From assembly GCA_963753925.1 (NCBI GenBank), contig CAVWEF010000007.1, positions 46,436-110,435 on the forward strand: 64,000 bases of DNA, written 5' to 3'. The notes under the pieces were generated by a model, which was given only the letters and a program-made list of their open reading frames with translations, was not told the origin of the DNA and did not search any database. This stretch comes from an uncultured Alphaproteobacteria bacterium. Lineage in GTDB: Bacteria > Pseudomonadota > Alphaproteobacteria > Rhizobiales > Xanthobacteraceae. The position numbers and the translations under genes are program-made. This document shows, piece by piece, positions 30,362-40,519 of this stretch (its first letter is position 1; each line of letters begins with the position of its first letter).

Positions 30362-30655
30362 GTGACAAAGCGGCCCAAATTACGTCGCGATGCCGTCTCG
30401 CCTTTTCGCGACAAGCTTTGGAATCTTTTTGAACATCATGCAAAGGGCATGGATGGTGCCGATATTGTCGTGGCGTTAAAGCAAGCCGGCGAGGAAATCT
30501 GGGCGGTGGGCATCGACGACACCTACAGCCGAATGAAGCATCAGGACGATGAACCCCTCGGCAATGCCTTCGACATCACATGGCTGACAGTCGCGTGCAT
30601 TAAGTTAAAGGAAATTAAGGAGGGTAAAAAGCCTCGTCTCCGGATAAAGGGATAG
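30362..30655 (+). CDS. hypothetical protein
   Basis: Protein-like ORF only. Confidence 0.5.
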   Translation: MTKRPKLRRDAVSPFRDKLWNLFEHHAKGMDGADIVVALKQAGEEIWAVGIDDTYSRMKHQDDEPLGNAFDITWLTVACIKLKEIKEGKKPRLRIKG

Positions 30656-31057
30656 GCAATTAGGGTCAAACTCATAAATCTCGAGACCCGCCGTTACGCG
30701 CGGACTTTCTACGTCTCGCCTTTCTGGATGGGGTCCTCGCCCGGCAAGTCTACGATGTTCGCGATGTGCCAAAAGCTACCAAGACACCGCGCATGATTGG
30801 CGCAATAGAAAGACCGCCTCGCGGCGTTCCTTGCGCAATCCGATCGCACGCATCCGACACACCCGACATACGTGCGTCGTTGAGGCGAATGGCTTTCCCC
30901 TACGTGTGATAATCGGATCGCCACTACGTGTTCGTCTCAGGAAGCCCGGGTTCAAGCTGCGCTACATTGATCCTCAGTCATCCCACGCAAGCGGCAGCGC
31001 AAGGAACGGTCACATCGGTTGCGAGTTATATCCCTACGATCTAACTTGGAGGAACTC

Positions 31058-31270
31058 ATGAAAGTATTTCTAATCGCTGCGTTATCGACCGTCCTTTTAA
31101 GCGGAACGGCATTGGCGGGCACCACGCACGACGCCGAGATCAAAACACACCGCCACGTTACGACCGACGGTTACTACACCCCCGGCATTCCGAGGCACGA
31201 TCCGGGCCGTTACAGCAACTTACCTGGCAAAGACGCGCTGAATTCCAAAGCCTATATTCAGGACCACTAA
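31058..31270 (+). CDS. small secreted protein
   Basis: GGAGG SD; signal peptide; GGAAC-N16-AGTT at 31003-31027. Confidence 0.65.
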   Translation: MKVFLIAALSTVLLSGTALAGTTHDAEIKTHRHVTTDGYYTPGIPRHDPGRYSNLPGKDALNSKAYIQDH

Positions 31271-31349
31271 GCCATGCAATGGTCTCGGACGAAGGCCGTC
31301 TCGTCGAGTTAATGGCCGTCTCGTCGAGTCAATCGCCGCTTCTGTTGAC

Positions 31350-31782
31350 TGCGCGCCGGATCAACAGCTTCGGCGTACTGGAGACCATGGCCGACGTCAT
31401 GCTCATGCGAGGCGTCCCCGAGCACATCCGATCCGACAACGACGCTGAGATGACGGCGAAGATCGTGCGCAACTGGCTGACCCAGGTTGGATCCAAGACC
31501 CTGTTCATCGAACCCGGCAGCCCCTGGGAGAACGGCTACTGCGAGTCCTTCAATGGAAAACTACGCGATGAGCTGCTGAACGGTGAAATCGTCTACAGTC
31601 TGAAGGAAGCCAAGATTGTCATCGAGCAATGGCGGAAACACTACAACACGGTCAGGCCGCACTCTTCGCTCAGCTGTCGACCGCCGGCACCCCAGACATT
31701 CGCGCCTTCGGGCCACCATCTAGATGAGATCATGCCGATGCAGTAGTCTCTATCCCGCTGGTACAAAAAAGCCGTCAGGCCA
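31350..31782 (+). pseudogene. IS3-family OrfB 3' fragment with probable right end
   Basis: PEHIRSDN, PGSPWENGYCESFNGKLRDE, YNTVRPHSSL; 5' part missing; preceded by a 20-bp tandem duplication at 31294-31333. Confidence 0.85.
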
Positions 31783-31808
31783 AGACCGGCAGATTTTGCT
31801 CTAAAATG

Positions 31809-32130
31809 TCACACAATCTTGCAGGGGATCTCGGCATCCTCATCTAACGAGTAAACGGCGCACAACCGATGATAACCATCGGCAATAATCAGCCGCTGGC
31901 TAACTGTGTCCCTGTAAAGCAATAACGCAGACAGTCTTTCATTTTTGCTGATCCGAGCGAGGTCTTTCTTGACATGGCTGTTGCTGACCCCCAACAACGG
32001 CAACCCTGAGGCTCTGAAAATGTCTTTCGCCGGGAATTGCGTGGCCTTTGCTTTTTTCAATTTTTCCACGGCAGCCTTGGCTGCCGGACGGTCCATCATC
32101 AAGCTCAAATATGATGCAGCGGCTAGGTAA
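31809..32130 (-). pseudogene. ParB-like hypothetical protein, probably 5'-truncated
   Basis: AAASYLSL...AKDIFRASGLPLLG...LIIADGYHRLCAVY; no convincing start. Confidence 0.6.
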
Positions 32131-32384
32131 CTCCGGACCTTGTCGCAATGCCACGGAGGATTTCGAACGCCGCCCTTAAATTAGTGCCGGCTGCTCCCGA
32201 CCTGCAGCCGCCCCCGGCCGCCCCGTGCGACCGGGGGGGTCTCAACGCCGGCGCTTTACGCGGGACGCCCAACAGTTCTTGGTCGGTGTGAACTATCGCT
32301 TTTAATTCACTCATCGGCGACAAAATAGCCGAGGATGCTGCTAACCACTCCGACGCGCTAATTCGTTTCGACGTTGCGCGACAC

Positions 32385-32412
32385 AAGAGGCCGCCTCAGT
32401 TGGCGGCCTCTT
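32385..32412. terminator. stem-loop
   Basis: AAGAGGCCGCC-N6-GGCGGCCTCTT. Confidence 0.65.
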
Positions 32413-32452
32413 CGTTTCAACTATGCGTGCAATTTCGAATGTTGAATCAGGT

Positions 32453-33370
32453 TTAAAACCGCGCGGTGATGCCAAAAATCGGTCCGTACATCGTCATGTC
32501 GTACTCGTACTGCGTTATTCCGCTACCCTGCGAATAGTCGACGTATAGGGCCTTATAGCCAATCATGGCGTTCCACGAAACGTCCTTGGTTCGTTTGAAC
32601 TCGTAATTCAAAACGGCGAGCGCTTGCCAGGAAAACTTGCTGCCGACACCAAAACCACCGACATCCCCGCTTACCACCAAGTCTAGACCGGGCCTGAAAG
32701 TGTGGCGCAAGCGTGCGCCGACCACAGGGTCAACCCAACTCACGTTTCCATTGGCGGCAACCGTCCCGTCTTTTGTCAATGTCAGGCCGAGGGGTCCCAG
32801 TCCCATTAAGGTGCCGGAAACAACGAAGTCTGCTTCGGCGCGCTGCCACCACACTCGGCCGCCCGCATAAAGATCGACGGCGGTGCCGGGATCCAAGCGC
32901 GCGATCTCGTACGCCGCCGCCATCTCGGCAATGACCATCTGCACGGTCAATCCGGCAGATGCGCCAATTCCCAATGTGGCCAATCTGCCGACATCACGGG
33001 ACTGCGACTGGCTCGCGCCAATTCCGAGCTTCATATAGGCGACGTCAGCAAGCAGCCCATAGCGGCCGTACCAGGCTTCGCCAAAGGCAGCTAATTGAAA
33101 AAGTCCCTTTGGAAACTGGGTGTGATCGAGAATATCGAAGAAGCTTGCGTCAATGTCGGTGGTAAGCGTCTTGACTGTGGTCGAACCGGAAAGCGAAGTC
33201 GCCCACACATAAGGTGTAACGCTGAAGGTCCAGGCCTGTATCGCGGGTACAGGCTTGATAGACGCCTTGGTCGGCATCGCCATGTCCGCGGCACTCGCGC
33301 TCGTGGCCAAGCCAGCTCCGATTGCCAACGCTACGGCACCTGCTACCAACTTGCGCAAACGAATTGACAT
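32453..33370 (-). CDS. outer-membrane beta-barrel protein
   Basis: Signal peptide, ADMAMPTKA, WTFSVTPYVW, WVDPVVGAR, GDVGGFGVGS, terminal Phe. Confidence 0.85.
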   Translation of the reverse strand: MSIRLRKLVAGAVALAIGAGLATSASAADMAMPTKASIKPVPAIQAWTFSVTPYVWATSLSGSTTVKTLTTDIDASFFDILDHTQFPKGLFQLAAFGEAWYGRYGLLADVAYMKLGIGASQSQSRDVGRLATLGIGASAGLTVQMVIAEMAAAYEIARLDPGTAVDLYAGGRVWWQRAEADFVVSGTLMGLGPLGLTLTKDGTVAANGNVSWVDPVVGARLRHTFRPGLDLVVSGDVGGFGVGSKFSWQALAVLNYEFKRTKDVSWNAMIGYKALYVDYSQGSGITQYEYDMTMYGPIFGITARF

Positions 33371-33719
33371 TATGTCGTCCCTCTGGCCATGCAACGATTT
33401 CCCGCCGGCGCTCCCACAAGCAGTGTTTGGGAAACATTCAGCCGACACCAAACACAATACGCATTCTTCAAACTTCAGACCACAGCAAAAGCCTAAAAGC
33501 TCTAGCCCCTTTAGACGGGGTCCGCTATGGTCAAAAGGCGACAAACCGGAGTCGGGCTAAGGCCCTCCGTTGTCCGCAATGATCCGAAAGCTGACAAAAA
33601 CAGACCGAGCGCGTTTGTCCGTTAAGTGCCATTTGCGACCACCGCACAGCAGCATGGCCGACGCAAAAAAGAAAGACCGCCAACGCAGCGGTTTCTCCGA
33701 AATCCATGGTGATTGCCTT

Positions 33720-34145
33720 TTATATGACGCATCGATGATACGTCGTTGCCAACTCCGGCAGATCGGGATCGAATTGGACAAGTTCATTATCATTATTGAG
33801 ACGCACGTGCACAACCATCTTGTCGAACGCAATTGCCAATTTGCAGCTCAGCCCGACAACAAGGCCGTTCGCCAGATCCTTATGCGAGATTATTTGACAG
33901 ACTCCATTTTGTCCTTCGACGGTATCATTTTTGATGATGAGGCCCTGCCTTTTGTAGCCTGCAGATTTAGCGAAGCGAATCCGCCCATCGGTCTTTTTGA
34001 AGACGGTTTCGCACTTGAGGTCCTTAGCGGCCCAATTGCCCTGCAATTTCTCAAGCATATCGGCGTGCGCGACGCTTAATGTCACCAGTAGCGCTATGCC
34101 GGCGAGAATAGATATTTTCCCCAAAACAGCTTTTCTATTCATCAT
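33720..34145 (-). CDS. secreted hypothetical protein
   Basis: Signal peptide; LQGNWA...C; four Cys. Confidence 0.7.
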   Translation of the reverse strand: MMNRKAVLGKISILAGIALLVTLSVAHADMLEKLQGNWAAKDLKCETVFKKTDGRIRFAKSAGYKRQGLIIKNDTVEGQNGVCQIISHKDLANGLVVGLSCKLAIAFDKMVVHVRLNNDNELVQFDPDLPELATTYHRCVI

Positions 34146-34481
34146 TTCGTGACTCCAACTGTCATCCCGGTTATCTGACCTATTTTCTCTGCACCAATAA
34201 CATGTGTTGAACAGCATGTCCCGGTCCCTTCTGAAAATCATATCCACACATATTCATGATGGAGCCCGCACACGATTGATGGCATCGTTTATGCTAATCC
34301 GGGAACAGGCCCGTATTAAAACAGCATCACCGCGCTATATCATAGATGGACGCTTCACCTCGCCTTGAGTCATTCGCGATCGAGAAAATCGGCCAGAGTT
34401 CTGGCCAATGTCCGCTGTTGATCCAATAGTCGATTGGCACAAACAAAGAGCCCGCCTACGAATTGCCGCTTAGGTGCTACT

Positions 34482-34949
34482 CTATTCTCTCTGCGCGTTC
34501 CCGACAGAGTCGCGGCGGAAAACGTGGATGTTCATTTCGTCCGGTCCGATAATTGTGACTTCGGCCTCAGCGTGGATTATGTGGCCGCTATTGGCAGTTT
34601 GCTCAGCGTGGCTATCGAGAGCTGGTTCAAGCGCAGAGGAGGTCGACCATTCGCGATGGAAAGTCGTCGCCGGTTTTGGAGCGGGCCGCGTAAGGGAAAA
34701 ATACTCGCGGCGCCCTATCCTTGGTCGTCGTCCCGTAGCCGGGAAATAGTGATGGTTATTCCAGGGTGACACCCAATAAGGGCGCACATCAACGCCTGGT
34801 TGATAGTCGTATATCACCACAGGCAGGGCGGGCTGTCCGATAGACCACGGCGTGCTATTGGACCACCGCGCGGACAGATCGGCGGCGTACGAAGGTGTTA
34901 TGCAAGTGATACCGAGCGAAGTTAGTGCGAAAGTGAAAAGCAGGCGCAT
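34482..34949 (-). CDS. secreted hypothetical protein
   Basis: Signal peptide; VIYDYQPGV..RPYW..PW...HYFP; HAEAEVTIIGPD. Confidence 0.7.
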   Translation of the reverse strand: MRLLFTFALTSLGITCITPSYAADLSARWSNSTPWSIGQPALPVVIYDYQPGVDVRPYWVSPWNNHHYFPATGRRPRIGRREYFSLTRPAPKPATTFHREWSTSSALEPALDSHAEQTANSGHIIHAEAEVTIIGPDEMNIHVFRRDSVGNAQRE

Positions 34950-35301
34950 CCAACGCAAATCCGACTTAAGAAAATTTGTTTGCATTTCGCATAGGTCCAA
35001 TCCGAGGTAATTCGGCCACATCTTACACGGGCCGCTTCAGATCGATGCCTTCGATTGTGCAGTAACATTAATGGTACATCGACGCCTTTTGTACGATTAC
35101 GCTAAGGCCAACATTATTGACCCAGCGGCAGAAGGCCTCTGGACCGATCCACCAGGCGCCCCCTCTTTACGTTTGGGATCAACGCCGCCCAGCTGCGGCT
35201 TACGCAGGCGGAGCGGTCCTCCGCCAAAGCCTTCTGATTTCATTAAATCTTTCGACCAAGTCGCATCGTTTATTGGGCGCCCCTCGTCGGCGCATGAAGG
35301 C

Positions 35302-36759
35302 TCAATCAAACGTGCCGCCCAAGTCGGGAAATTCAGGTGCGTGGCTAAGTCCGAGGCGTACCAATTCCAATAAGAACAACGGCTGTTTAGATTGTTTGGC
35401 CAACTCGATGATCCTCGCTTGCAACTCTTTGACCTTGTCCGGGTGCTGCTCGGCAAGGTTTGTTGACTCAGAAGGGTCTTTCGCAAGATCGAAAAGCTCG
35501 ATCTTCGGTGGCAGCAGCGTCGTCCAAACAAGCTTCCAATCTCCTTCGCGCACAGCAGCACGGTACGGTTCGACGTTGTAAACAATCTCATCGCGGGGAC
35601 TCGGTTTCCCCTCACTGATCGTCGACCAAACATCAACACCATCTAAAGGTTTGTTCTTGCCAAGCTGAGAGCCGGCAAGACTGGCGAGCGTCGGGTATAT
35701 ATCGACGATGTGCATCATTCCGCTTACGACTCCGGGCTTTATCCGGCCGGGCCAATTCGCCAGCGCGACGACGCGTGTGCCGCCCTCGTAAACTGAGCCT
35801 TTGCCGTCACGATACGGACCATTGTTCGGCGGCAACTCGCCCTTAATCTCACCCTCGCCCACAAATAGGTTTGAGCGCGTGCCCCCGTTATCGCTGACGA
35901 AGAAGATCAAAGTGTTGTCAAGCATCTTGCGCTTCTTGAGCGCCTCAATGACCTTGCCGATCTGGTCGTCCATAGCCGTTATCTGGGCTGCATAGGCCCG
36001 GCGCAATGGGTCGGCAACCCCTTTGTACCTGTCGAGGTAACTCTGTGGTGCCTGATAGGGTGTGTGAGGCGCGGTGAAGGCAAGGTAGAGAAAGAGAGGG
36101 GACTTCGTGTCATGGCCGTTAATCAGTCGCACAGCGTCGGCACCAAACAACTGCGTATCGTAACCGGGTTCGTTGATCCGCTTGTTGTTCTTGTACCAGT
36201 CGACGACGCCGTGCGATTTGTGCGTGAAGTGATCGATCTCGCCAATTAGAGGGCCGTAGGAATAATCGAAGCCGCGTTGACTTGGCCAATATTTCCGATC
36301 TGCGTGCCCGAGGTGCCACTTGCCAACAATCGCAGTTTGATATCCTGCCTGTTTTAGCGCCTGCGGCAACAAGAACTCGTCAGTGGCGAGGCCGTATCTA
36401 CCGGCGGAGGGTACGACTGCGGTCTGCAGCCCGTAACGCAATGGATAGCGTCCTGTTAAAAGTGCCGCGCGAGTGGGTGTGCACATCGGCATAGCGTAGA
36501 ACTGTTCAAACAGAGACCCGGTTTGCGCCAATCCGTCGATGTTCGGGGTCTTGATATCGGACCCGTGGTAGCCGACATCTTTCCAACCGAGATCGTCCGC
36601 CAGGATGAAAACAATATTTGGTTTCTTCTGTGCAAGGACTGGAGTTGTCAGAAGAAGGCCCAGAGCCGAAAAAACTACGATCCCCGCAAACCAGGCTGCG
36701 ACCAAACGCGTGAGCTTTGCTATATCCAAACGCTCAGGTGCGTCATTCTCAGTGTTCAT
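35302..36759 (-). CDS. arylsulfatase (Cys-type, ARSB-like)
   Basis: KPNIVFILADDLG, CTPTRAALLTG, GKWHLG, SDNGG. Confidence 0.93.
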   Translation of the reverse strand: MNTENDAPERLDIAKLTRLVAAWFAGIVVFSALGLLLTTPVLAQKKPNIVFILADDLGWKDVGYHGSDIKTPNIDGLAQTGSLFEQFYAMPMCTPTRAALLTGRYPLRYGLQTAVVPSAGRYGLATDEFLLPQALKQAGYQTAIVGKWHLGHADRKYWPSQRGFDYSYGPLIGEIDHFTHKSHGVVDWYKNNKRINEPGYDTQLFGADAVRLINGHDTKSPLFLYLAFTAPHTPYQAPQSYLDRYKGVADPLRRAYAAQITAMDDQIGKVIEALKKRKMLDNTLIFFVSDNGGTRSNLFVGEGEIKGELPPNNGPYRDGKGSVYEGGTRVVALANWPGRIKPGVVSGMMHIVDIYPTLASLAGSQLGKNKPLDGVDVWSTISEGKPSPRDEIVYNVEPYRAAVREGDWKLVWTTLLPPKIELFDLAKDPSESTNLAEQHPDKVKELQARIIELAKQSKQPLFLLELVRLGLSHAPEFPDLGGTFD

Positions 36760-36884
36760 TTCGACTCGCCCCCGTGTTTCGTGAATTCACATTTGCACCA
36801 GCAAAAAGTCAAGATACTAATAGGCCGAAACCGGCCGTGTTCTCCTCAAGAGCGGTGAGCATCCCATTGGGCCGCAGGAACAGA

Positions 36885-38150
36885 ATGCGACGCATTGTTG
36901 TCACCGGTACCGGCATCGTTTCCCCGCTTGGTTGTGGCACGAGTTTGGTCTGGCGAAGGCTTCTCGCCGGCCGATCCGGCATTCGCCGGTTGTCCGACAA
37001 TCTCGTCCGCGACGTCCCCGCGAAGATTGCGGGCGTCGTACCGACCCCGGAGGAGGATGCCGAAGGCGGCTTTGATCCGAAGCGCGTCGTCAGTCTCAAG
37101 GACCAAAAGCGAATGGATCGCTTTATTCAGTTCGCCATAGCCGCCGCTGACGAGGCAATCGCTCAGTCGGCGTGGGTTCCCATCAGCGACGCTGAGCGCA
37201 ACCGCACCGCCACAATCATCGGTTCCGGCATCGGCGGCTTCGCCACGATGAAACTGGCAATGCACACGATTGATCAGCGTGGGCCGCGAAAGCTTTCGCC
37301 GTTCACGGTGCCATCGTTTCTGGCCAACCTTGCTGCGGGGCAGGTTTCGATCCGCCACGACTTTCGCGGTGCGATCGGCTCGCCGGTCACAGCCTGCGCC
37401 GCCAGCCTGCAGGCAATCGGTGACGGTGCACGCATGATCCGCGCCGGCGAGGTCGATGTCGCGATTTGCGGCGGCGCGGAAAGCTGCATCGAACGCGTCA
37501 GTCTTGCCAGCTTTGCAGCCGCACGTGCACTTTCTACCCATTACAATGAAACACCCCAGCGCGCGTCGCGCCCGTTTGACATTAATCGCGACGGCTTTGT
37601 TATGAGTGAAGGCGCCGCTGTGCTCGTAATCGAAAACCTCGATCATGCGCATGCGCGCGGCTCTGTACCGCTCGCCGAATTGGTCGGCTACGGCACCACG
37701 TCCGACGCATACCATATTGCGGCGGCACCGCCAGACGGCGAAGGTCTTCAACGCTGCATGCGGCTCGCCATTGATGCAGCCGAGATCAAACCGAGCGATG
37801 TCGGCTACATTAACGCCCATGCAACGTCGACTCCGCTTGGTGATGCTGCCGAACTCACCGCGATTCGCGGCGTGTTCAAAGGCGCTCCGATTTCTATCTC
37901 CTCTACAAAATCGGCGACTGGTCATCTGCTTGGCGCGGCGGGCGCAGCCGGCGTGATTTTCGCGATCGGCGCGTTGCGTTCCGGGATTCTGCCGCCAACA
38001 CTCAACCTGGAACAGACCGATAAATTCTTCGACGACCTTGATCTGGTAGGGCCGGAGCCACGTACGCGCGCAGTCGATTATGCGATGGCCAATGGCTTCG
38101 GCTTCGGCGGTGTGAATGCATCGGTGTTGCTGAAGCAGTGGGCGGCGTAA
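36885..38150 (+). CDS. fabF: beta-ketoacyl-ACP synthase II
   Basis: RRIVVTG, TACAA, NAHATST, GHLLGAAG, NGFGFGG. Confidence 0.92.
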   Translation: MRRIVVTGTGIVSPLGCGTSLVWRRLLAGRSGIRRLSDNLVRDVPAKIAGVVPTPEEDAEGGFDPKRVVSLKDQKRMDRFIQFAIAAADEAIAQSAWVPISDAERNRTATIIGSGIGGFATMKLAMHTIDQRGPRKLSPFTVPSFLANLAAGQVSIRHDFRGAIGSPVTACAASLQAIGDGARMIRAGEVDVAICGGAESCIERVSLASFAAARALSTHYNETPQRASRPFDINRDGFVMSEGAAVLVIENLDHAHARGSVPLAELVGYGTTSDAYHIAAAPPDGEGLQRCMRLAIDAAEIKPSDVGYINAHATSTPLGDAAELTAIRGVFKGAPISISSTKSATGHLLGAAGAAGVIFAIGALRSGILPPTLNLEQTDKFFDDLDLVGPEPRTRAVDYAMANGFGFGGVNASVLLKQWAA

Positions 38151-38185
38151 TTTAGTCGGCGAACAATTAGACGACCCACCTTCTC

Positions 38186-38653
38186 TTAGCAACGAACGAT
38201 CGTTACGGTCTGCGTTTTGCCGTCACCCCTAGGAACCGTTACGGTCTGCCCGGGACAACCCGGCTCATGTGGTATGAAAACAGGTGGAGTGACCACTCGT
38301 TCAGAACGACTAACAAAAGGCGGACAACGATGTGCCCAATCCCAGGGAATATTGTATGTACAGGTGAAATAGCCATCGCCTGAGATTGGCTCGGTAACAT
38401 CGCCTTCAGGTTTGCCATTTGCCGGACCGTAATAGAACCCGCCGGCTGTCGGCCAGAAAGCCCCCGTATTGCGCCCCCTGTGGCGGCGCTGCGATCGGGC
38501 AGTTGATGGATGAGTAGAATGCGCGGACACAGATGTTGCGCCGTGGGCTGCGCCGGACCCGCCGGATGCGTTGGCTGATGCGCGCTGTGATATACTCGCT
38601 GTGACTAAACCAGCAACAAACACCGTGGCGATTATGAATTGCATTACCTTCAT
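38186..38653 (-). CDS. secreted hypothetical protein
   Basis: Signal peptide; CTYNIPWDWAHRCP; ends C..QTVTVP...VTIVRC. Confidence 0.7.
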   Translation of the reverse strand: MKVMQFIIATVFVAGLVTASISQRASANASGGSGAAHGATSVSAHSTHPSTARSQRRHRGRNTGAFWPTAGGFYYGPANGKPEGDVTEPISGDGYFTCTYNIPWDWAHRCPPFVSRSERVVTPPVFIPHEPGCPGQTVTVPRGDGKTQTVTIVRC

Positions 38654-38831
38654 CGGAAGGTCACCCAATTGTTCGCCACGGACAATCATACCCACCGGAA
38701 AACAGAGCACACTCCGCCTCGGCAAACATGGTTAATAGGTACAGTTTTAATTAAACTCTGTTATGACTGTGCCTCGATTTGCCGCGATAAATCGCGGCAT
38801 CACCAACGGTGAGTGTTCGAGTCGTGGCCGG

Positions 38832-39215
38832 CTAATGGCACTGCTTGTCAAGCGTGTCGAGGGCCGCGGAAATTTTTTTGCCTTCCTGAGACTCTGGGCC
38901 TGTTTGGTCAAACGCATCCAACAATTTGGCGTAATCAGAACCTATCATATCCAATTGTGCTTGGGCTTTTAGGCTTAGGGCGTCCACGGCCTTCGTATCG
39001 TTCTTTGCTTCAGCGTCCGCTATTTGCTCATAGAGTTTGGCAAGGTCACAATAAGCTTTGATCTTTGCCTTGTCTCCGATGATTGACCGCACAACCGCTT
39101 GAACATCAACTGAGTTTGGTGGCGTGCGCTTTGTCGTAGGATTGTCGATATCACCTTGTGCAAACGCCGACGTTGCAGTGAGAACGGCGACTACGCCAAC
39201 AGATTTAAGTGACAT
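38832..39215 (-). CDS. secreted helical hypothetical protein
   Basis: Signal peptide; KAYC...LDKQC; 3' part duplicated at 45131-45324. Confidence 0.8.
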   Translation of the reverse strand: MSLKSVGVVAVLTATSAFAQGDIDNPTTKRTPPNSVDVQAVVRSIIGDKAKIKAYCDLAKLYEQIADAEAKNDTKAVDALSLKAQAQLDMIGSDYAKLLDAFDQTGPESQEGKKISAALDTLDKQCH

Positions 39216-39301
39216 GAAAGCTCCTGCGACCCCACGCTTCCCCGGAATGGCGTTTCGAGGTGACGTCACTATCCAGCTATTAGCAAAATTCTATTCGTAT
39301 C

Positions 39302-40045
39302 TTAAAGTGGCGCAAGCGCGTGACGCATCGGTTCGCTGGAAATTTGCAATAGTCCCGCTAGTGGCTGGTCCATCTCCAAGATCAAAAAGATTGCGCCAGC
39401 AACAGATAGCGAACCGACGAAAAACGTAATGATCACTATTCGACTGGGTCGCACAAACAGGCCAAAGCTAGCAAAAATCATTGTGAGCCAAAAAACAAGG
39501 ATGGCAAGAAACGGCATTGGAATTGAATCGTGTGCTTGAGCAAAAAGTGATAGCCGTGCCTTTCCTAATTCGGCTACGGCATTTAAAATTTGCCCTTGAA
39601 GAGCGCGTTTTGGTTCCGTGTCCGGCTTTAGTTCCTGGATCTTATCGACAAATACCTGGGCTTCAGCGGTTGCCTTAAATGGTTCCGACTTTCCATTATC
39701 GTGTTCGTTCCAGATTCGATCGACCAGTGCAGGAATCGCGTTGCGCAGACCAGCGCGCAAACTGTGCGCTTCCGGCCCGTAGTGCTCGAGCAAACCATCA
39801 AGCAAAATAATGTCGGCAGTGATCTGTTTAATTTGGCTATCTCTCGCATCGTACGACGTTTTTGCCGAAGCAATCAGCAGCCCTAAAACAAGGGCTGCTA
39901 TCGTACCGATCAGGCCGCTACTGAGCCTAATGACGTCCTTTGCATCGTCCCGAAGGTGTCCCTCCGGCACAGTGGCATACATGCCGACCAGCGCACCACC
40001 AAAAACAAATGCAAATGCGACTAACGAGATTGCGAGTGCACTCAC
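39302..40045 (-). CDS. DUF4239-like membrane protein
   Basis: ALVLGLLIASAK, LLDGLLEHYGPE, IFLILEMDQP..G...IS.EP. Confidence 0.8.
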   Translation of the reverse strand: MSALAISLVAFAFVFGGALVGMYATVPEGHLRDDAKDVIRLSSGLIGTIAALVLGLLIASAKTSYDARDSQIKQITADIILLDGLLEHYGPEAHSLRAGLRNAIPALVDRIWNEHDNGKSEPFKATAEAQVFVDKIQELKPDTEPKRALQGQILNAVAELGKARLSLFAQAHDSIPMPFLAILVFWLTMIFASFGLFVRPSRIVIITFFVGSLSVAGAIFLILEMDQPLAGLLQISSEPMRHALAPL

Positions 40046-40086
40046 GATCGGCCCCTTTCGACTGCTGGCCTCTCCCAGCTTTTAGG

Positions 40087-40272
40087 ATACAAAAGGCCAA
40101 AAGATCAAATACCATCGAACGCGCTGCAAGCCGCCGCGCATGAAGCTGATAGGCCCCGGTGTACGCTTCGGGTCAAACGTTGCGCATCTATTCAACTTCC
40201 GCGCCGTGCTTTGTCCGTTCCTAGTTCGATAGCGACCTAAATTTCGCGGCGCAACGAATGCGGCGATGTGCC
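40087..40272 (+). repeat. dispersed direct repeat, copy 1
   Basis: First 66 bp nearly identical to 58164-58229; weaker similarity continues (GACCTAAAT, CGAATGCRGCGATGTGC). Confidence 0.85.
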
Positions 40273-40420
40273 GATGTTGTTGCAAAAAGATTTTTCGTAC
40301 CCAGACGCGCAATATTGATTCAACAAATCAATCCACCGTGCAAGATTGATTCAAGCGGCGCGTCCATTGGATTCGACAATTGCATACTCGGAGGGGGTCG
40401 CCAACTTTTGCAACAATATC
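40273..40420. mobile_element. MITE-like element
   Basis: Terminal inverted repeats GATGTTGTTGCAAAA / TTTTGCAACAATATC; 148 bp; non-coding. Confidence 0.7.
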
Positions 40421-40519
40421 TTCCGTTCGCGACCGTCGGCAAATTTTCACGCACGTTCACATCCTGGTAAAAACAGGCGGGCGACCCTTGCGAGTCGCCC
40501 ACCGTCTAGGTCATTTCAA

